From a virus (taxonomy: Duplodnaviria > Heunggongvirae > Uroviricota > Caudoviricetes), in the IMG/VR virus record IMGVR_UViG_2657245124_000003: a DNA stretch of 37,809 nucleotides; one strand, 5' to 3'. A program made the position numbers and the translations under genes. Of this stretch, positions 34,624-37,809 are shown piece by piece (within the stretch, counting starts at the first letter, position 1; every line of letters begins with the position of its first letter). The notes beneath the pieces are model-generated. The model was not told where the DNA came from. It was given only the letters and a program-made list of their open reading frames with translations, and did not search any database.

Positions 34624-35807
34624 CAGACACCTCCCAGCACCGCAAATGCGGGACCAAAGAATTCATCAGTAAACGACTGGTAAAGCTCCATGTCTTCCAG
34701 CGGGGGAACAGGCGTATATTTGTAGCGAATACGCACACGCCCCTGACGTAAATTCGTGGTGCCGTTATCCACCACGTCATACCAGCACGACGCCCCAATC
34801 AGTTTCCCGGCAGTAACCAGTGAATCCAGTTTTGCCCTGATGGCACTGATAACATCTTTCACGTTCGCAGGCGTCAGTGGACTGTCGATGGTTTCAAACT
34901 GCGCTTCCGCAATTGAATCAGCCAGCACCTGTGCGGTTCGGGTATACACCTCAAAGATGTAGGCGTTCGTTTCCGGTGTGCGGTTGCCCCAGAAGCGGAA
35001 CCCGTTGCGACGAATAATGGTCGTGATTTCTTTGTTGTTGAGGCTGTTGGCATCGCTGTCTTCGGCCTGCAACGACCAGAACACATGCCTGGACATCCCC
35101 AGCACATTTTTAACCGGAACGTTGGACAGTGATTTGTGCCATCCCTGCTCATGGTCAATGTACGCACGAAGGCCGCACGCATAGGCAGGCGCGGGGAACG
35201 TTTCGTTTTTGCCACTTTTCGGGTTGTAGGCGATGAAGTCCGGCCATAAGAGCATCACCTCACGTTCGTTGAATTTCTGGCGGTAGGTAATCACCTCAGC
35301 CATCGTGTTACAGCCGTGACATGAGGCATACACAAACGCGCGCAGTTTACCCGCAATCACGCACAGGGATTTTGTCACCGCCTCCGTGTCCAGCTCCGGC
35401 GCGGCCAGAATACGCGGACGGTATCCGATGCTTTCATCCTGCTCTGCAACAAGCAGCGCATACATCCCCGTATAGCTGCCGTCAGATTCAGAACCACCGA
35501 TAACCAGTTGATCCTGCGTCTTTCCGTCTTCTTCTTTGTGTTCAGCCACGCGAACGACGATCACCTTTGTGCTCACCTGGTCTGCGATGGCCTTAAGCGC
35601 ACGATAAAGCGTCCCCGTTGTCCCGCATTTTCCCAGCACGTCATTGACGCGGGTCAGCAGTGTGGGCTTGTTCAGCGGGAACAGCTTCGCGTCCGCATCA
35701 TCCGCCGTTGCCACGATACCGATAACGCTGGAATCAACATCGTTAATCGCTGTTACCAGGTCGGTATTTTCCGTAACACGGGCACCATGAAAACGAGTTT
35801 CACTCAT
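34623..35807 (-). CDS. FI: tail sheath protein (P2 gpFI-like)
   Basis: 394 aa; blocks such as FPLNKP, LRAF.YASCHGC, EQGWHK.LSNV, RRNGFRFWGNRT, YTRTAQV, YTPVPPLE match the P2 FI sheath protein from memory. Confidence 0.85.
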   Translation of the reverse strand: MSETRFHGARVTENTDLVTAINDVDSSVIGIVATADDADAKLFPLNKPTLLTRVNDVLGKCGTTGTLYRALKAIADQVSTKVIVVRVAEHKEEDGKTQDQLVIGGSESDGSYTGMYALLVAEQDESIGYRPRILAAPELDTEAVTKSLCVIAGKLRAFVYASCHGCNTMAEVITYRQKFNEREVMLLWPDFIAYNPKSGKNETFPAPAYACGLRAYIDHEQGWHKSLSNVPVKNVLGMSRHVFWSLQAEDSDANSLNNKEITTIIRRNGFRFWGNRTPETNAYIFEVYTRTAQVLADSIAEAQFETIDSPLTPANVKDVISAIRAKLDSLVTAGKLIGASCWYDVVDNGTTNLRQGRVRIRYKYTPVPPLEDMELYQSFTDEFFGPAFAVLGGV

Positions 35808-35964
35808 AGCTTTAGCCCCTTGTATCCGTTAAATGATTCGGCAACAATCATCACCCACCACGCGCGTAATCTCACCCCTGTGCCGTTCTCCCGATCCGGC
35901 GACAACAAAAAGCAGTAACCCCCTCCGCACGCACATGCGACCATGCCGCACAGGGAGGGAACAG

Positions 35965-37074
35965 ATGACCGATACCACCATGCAATTGCTCAGTCAGGGC
36001 ACAGACCCCGTGAAAATGCCGGATTTTGATATTCTCGCGGAGGGTAAAACGCTGTCAGGCGTGGCAGAGCGCCTGATGAGCCTGTCACTGACCGACAACC
36101 GGGGATTTGACGCGGACCAGCTCACCATCACGCTGGATGATGCGGATGGTCAGTTGCAGCTACCGCCACGGGGCGCGCGCCTGACGGTTCTCATTGGCTG
36201 GAAAGGAGAACCGCTGACAGAAAAAGGCACTTACATTGTTGATGAAATCGCTCACGAAGGACCGCCGGACAGGCTGACTGTTTCAGCCAGAAGCGCAGAT
36301 TTTCGGGATGAATTTAACGTTAAACGTGAGGTGTCCTGGCATGATGTGACCGTTGAGCGTGTGGTATCCGCCATCGCTCATCGGTATGGTCTGAAACCGC
36401 AAATCAGCGAAATGCTGATGGATATCGAAATCGACCACGCCGACCAGACCGAAGAAAGCGACATGTCCTTCCTTACGCGCATGGCGGAAATGCTGGGCGC
36501 AATCACCACGGTAAAAAGCGGTAATCTGTTATTCATTATGCCAGGCGGTGGCGTGAACGCACAGGGCCAGCCGTTGCCATCGTTCGCCATCACGCGCAGC
36601 AGTGGCGATCGCCATCAGTTCCGCATTGCTGACCGCGAAGCGTATACGGGGGTACGCGCTTACTGGCTTGATCTTAATTACGGGAAAAAGAAAAAAGTCA
36701 GCGTGAAACACCGCAAACCGCCAAAACCCAAAAAGGAGAAAAGCAGCAGCCGTGAAGGTGATTATATGGAAGGCGCGGAAGGCAATGTGTTTGTGTTACG
36801 CAAGACTTATCAGAACGAGCAGGCAGCAAGACGCGCAGCGGCGGCAAAGTGGCAGCAGCTACAACGCGAAGCCGCATCATTCTCCATCACGCTGGCATGT
36901 GGTCGTGCAGAACTCTACCCCGAAATGCATGGCACGGTAACAGGATTTAAAAGCGAGATTGATAATCAGGACTGGATTATTGCAAAAGCCGAGCACACCA
37001 TCGATAACAGCGGCTTTACCACGCAGCTTGAGCTTGAGGCAAAAATCCCGGAATGGATAGCAGAAACAGAGTGA
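35965..37074 (+). CDS. D: tail protein D (P2 gpD-like, late control gene D)
   Basis: From ATG at 35965 after GGGAGGGA; LSLTDNRGFDADQLTITLDDADGQ, SARSADFR, EVSWHD, FLTRMAE, NSGFTTQLELE match P2 D. Confidence 0.8.
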   Translation: MTDTTMQLLSQGTDPVKMPDFDILAEGKTLSGVAERLMSLSLTDNRGFDADQLTITLDDADGQLQLPPRGARLTVLIGWKGEPLTEKGTYIVDEIAHEGPPDRLTVSARSADFRDEFNVKREVSWHDVTVERVVSAIAHRYGLKPQISEMLMDIEIDHADQTEESDMSFLTRMAEMLGAITTVKSGNLLFIMPGGGVNAQGQPLPSFAITRSSGDRHQFRIADREAYTGVRAYWLDLNYGKKKKVSVKHRKPPKPKKEKSSSREGDYMEGAEGNVFVLRKTYQNEQAARRAAAAKWQQLQREAASFSITLACGRAELYPEMHGTVTGFKSEIDNQDWIIAKAEHTIDNSGFTTQLELEAKIPEWIAETE

Positions 37075-37116
37075 GCAACTTAGAATAGCAGCAGCACCAC
37101 GTTAAGGGAGGTCGCT

Positions 37117-37377
37117 ATGTTCCGTTGTCCGCTTTGTGGCGCATCTGCCCGTATCCGCACCAGTCGTCCGGAAAATGATTCAAACACCGTGCGGCAAAAG
37201 TATTACCAGTGTAACAACCTGGAATGCGGCGTATGCTTCTCAACACTGGAAGCTTTCCATAAATTCACATCAAAACACACCTCCGGCGTTCACTCTTCAG
37301 AAGGTATCCCGTGGCATGAGCTGCCAGCTTCACACAGGGGAAACAATCAGATGAGTTTGCCTTTACCTCAGAATTAA
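37117..37377 (+). CDS. ogr: Ogr/Delta-family zinc-finger late transcription activator
   Basis: MFRCPLCGASARIRTSR...YYQCNNLECGVCF has the C-x2-C...C-x4-C spacing and N-terminus of P2 Ogr (MFHCPLCQHAAHARTSR...YHQCQNVNCSATF). Confidence 0.8.
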   Translation: MFRCPLCGASARIRTSRPENDSNTVRQKYYQCNNLECGVCFSTLEAFHKFTSKHTSGVHSSEGIPWHELPASHRGNNQMSLPLPQN

Positions 37378-37568
37378 CAGGCAGAATTGCCGGAGTAACA
37401 AAAAAGCGATAGATTACGCGCGGGTGCCTTTCGGCTGATGGTCGGAGGGAATACCCGAAGGCCAGATGTGGAAAGGCCCCGGAAAACATTTCTGTTTAAC
37501 CGAGGCCCTAACATATCTACCTTAAGCAAGTGATAGGTTAGCGCCTCTCCAACAAAGGAGCAAGCGCT

Positions 37569-37709
37569 ATGTCGCAAAAATCGCTTACGGCCATCACGTT
37601 CTGCGTGACGGTAATCCTCATCATCTGGATGCTACACGGTTCGCTGTGTGAAATACGGATGAGCTTCTGGGGAGCGGAGTTTGCGGCGTTCTTACAGTGT
37701 AAGCAGTAA
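37569..37709 (+). CDS. Hok/Gef-family type I toxin (small membrane peptide), below the ORF-track size cut-off
   Basis: 46 aa: MSQKSLTAITFCVTVILIIWMLHGSLCEIRMSFWGAEFAAFLQCKQ; one TM helix followed by the SLCEIR...AAF motif shared by Hok, HokA, Gef. Confidence 0.6.
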   Translation: MSQKSLTAITFCVTVILIIWMLHGSLCEIRMSFWGAEFAAFLQCKQ

Positions 37710-37809
37710 GGAAACCGCGACGGGGGAGCAATCCCATAAGCGCTAACTTAAGGGTTGTGGTATTACGCCTGATATGATTTAACGTGCCGATGAATTACTC
37801 TCACGATAA

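Noticed and set aside
37380-37560. tRNA gene as the integration target downstream of ogr
   Set aside because: No recognisable tRNA features (no T-loop GTTCGAATC-like motif or acceptor stem pairing) seen by eye; the attachment site is not identified.

Overview
This window is almost all of a P2-like (Peduovirus-type) prophage of an enterobacterium, probably Escherichia/Shigella given the IS629-type insertion sequence and a NanS-p-like esterase. All calls come from reading the translated ORFs and the DNA by eye; no database search was run. The layout is: IS3-family element (1-320) interrupting the integrase; integrase N-terminal remnant; two AT-rich cargo genes; CI-type repressor; early operon of small proteins; replication initiator gpA; an AT-rich accessory island (Dam-like methyltransferase plus ABC-ATPase/TOPRIM protein); the cos-proximal intergenic region; capsid and packaging genes Q, P, O, N, M, L; X and a lysis cassette; a NanS-p-like esterase moron; tail genes R, S, V, W, J, I, H, G; four tandem silent tail-fibre C-terminal cassettes with a Hin/Gin-family invertase; the FI-FII-E-T-U tail block in inverted orientation relative to canonical P2; then D, ogr and a Hok-like toxin. 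The best candidates for something undescribed are the methyltransferase plus OLD-like ATPase/TOPRIM pair in the gpA-Q hotspot, the four-cassette invertible tail-fibre locus, and the repressor-linked membrane/secreted protein pair. The prophage looks defective or immobilised: integrase is disrupted and the tail operon is rearranged.
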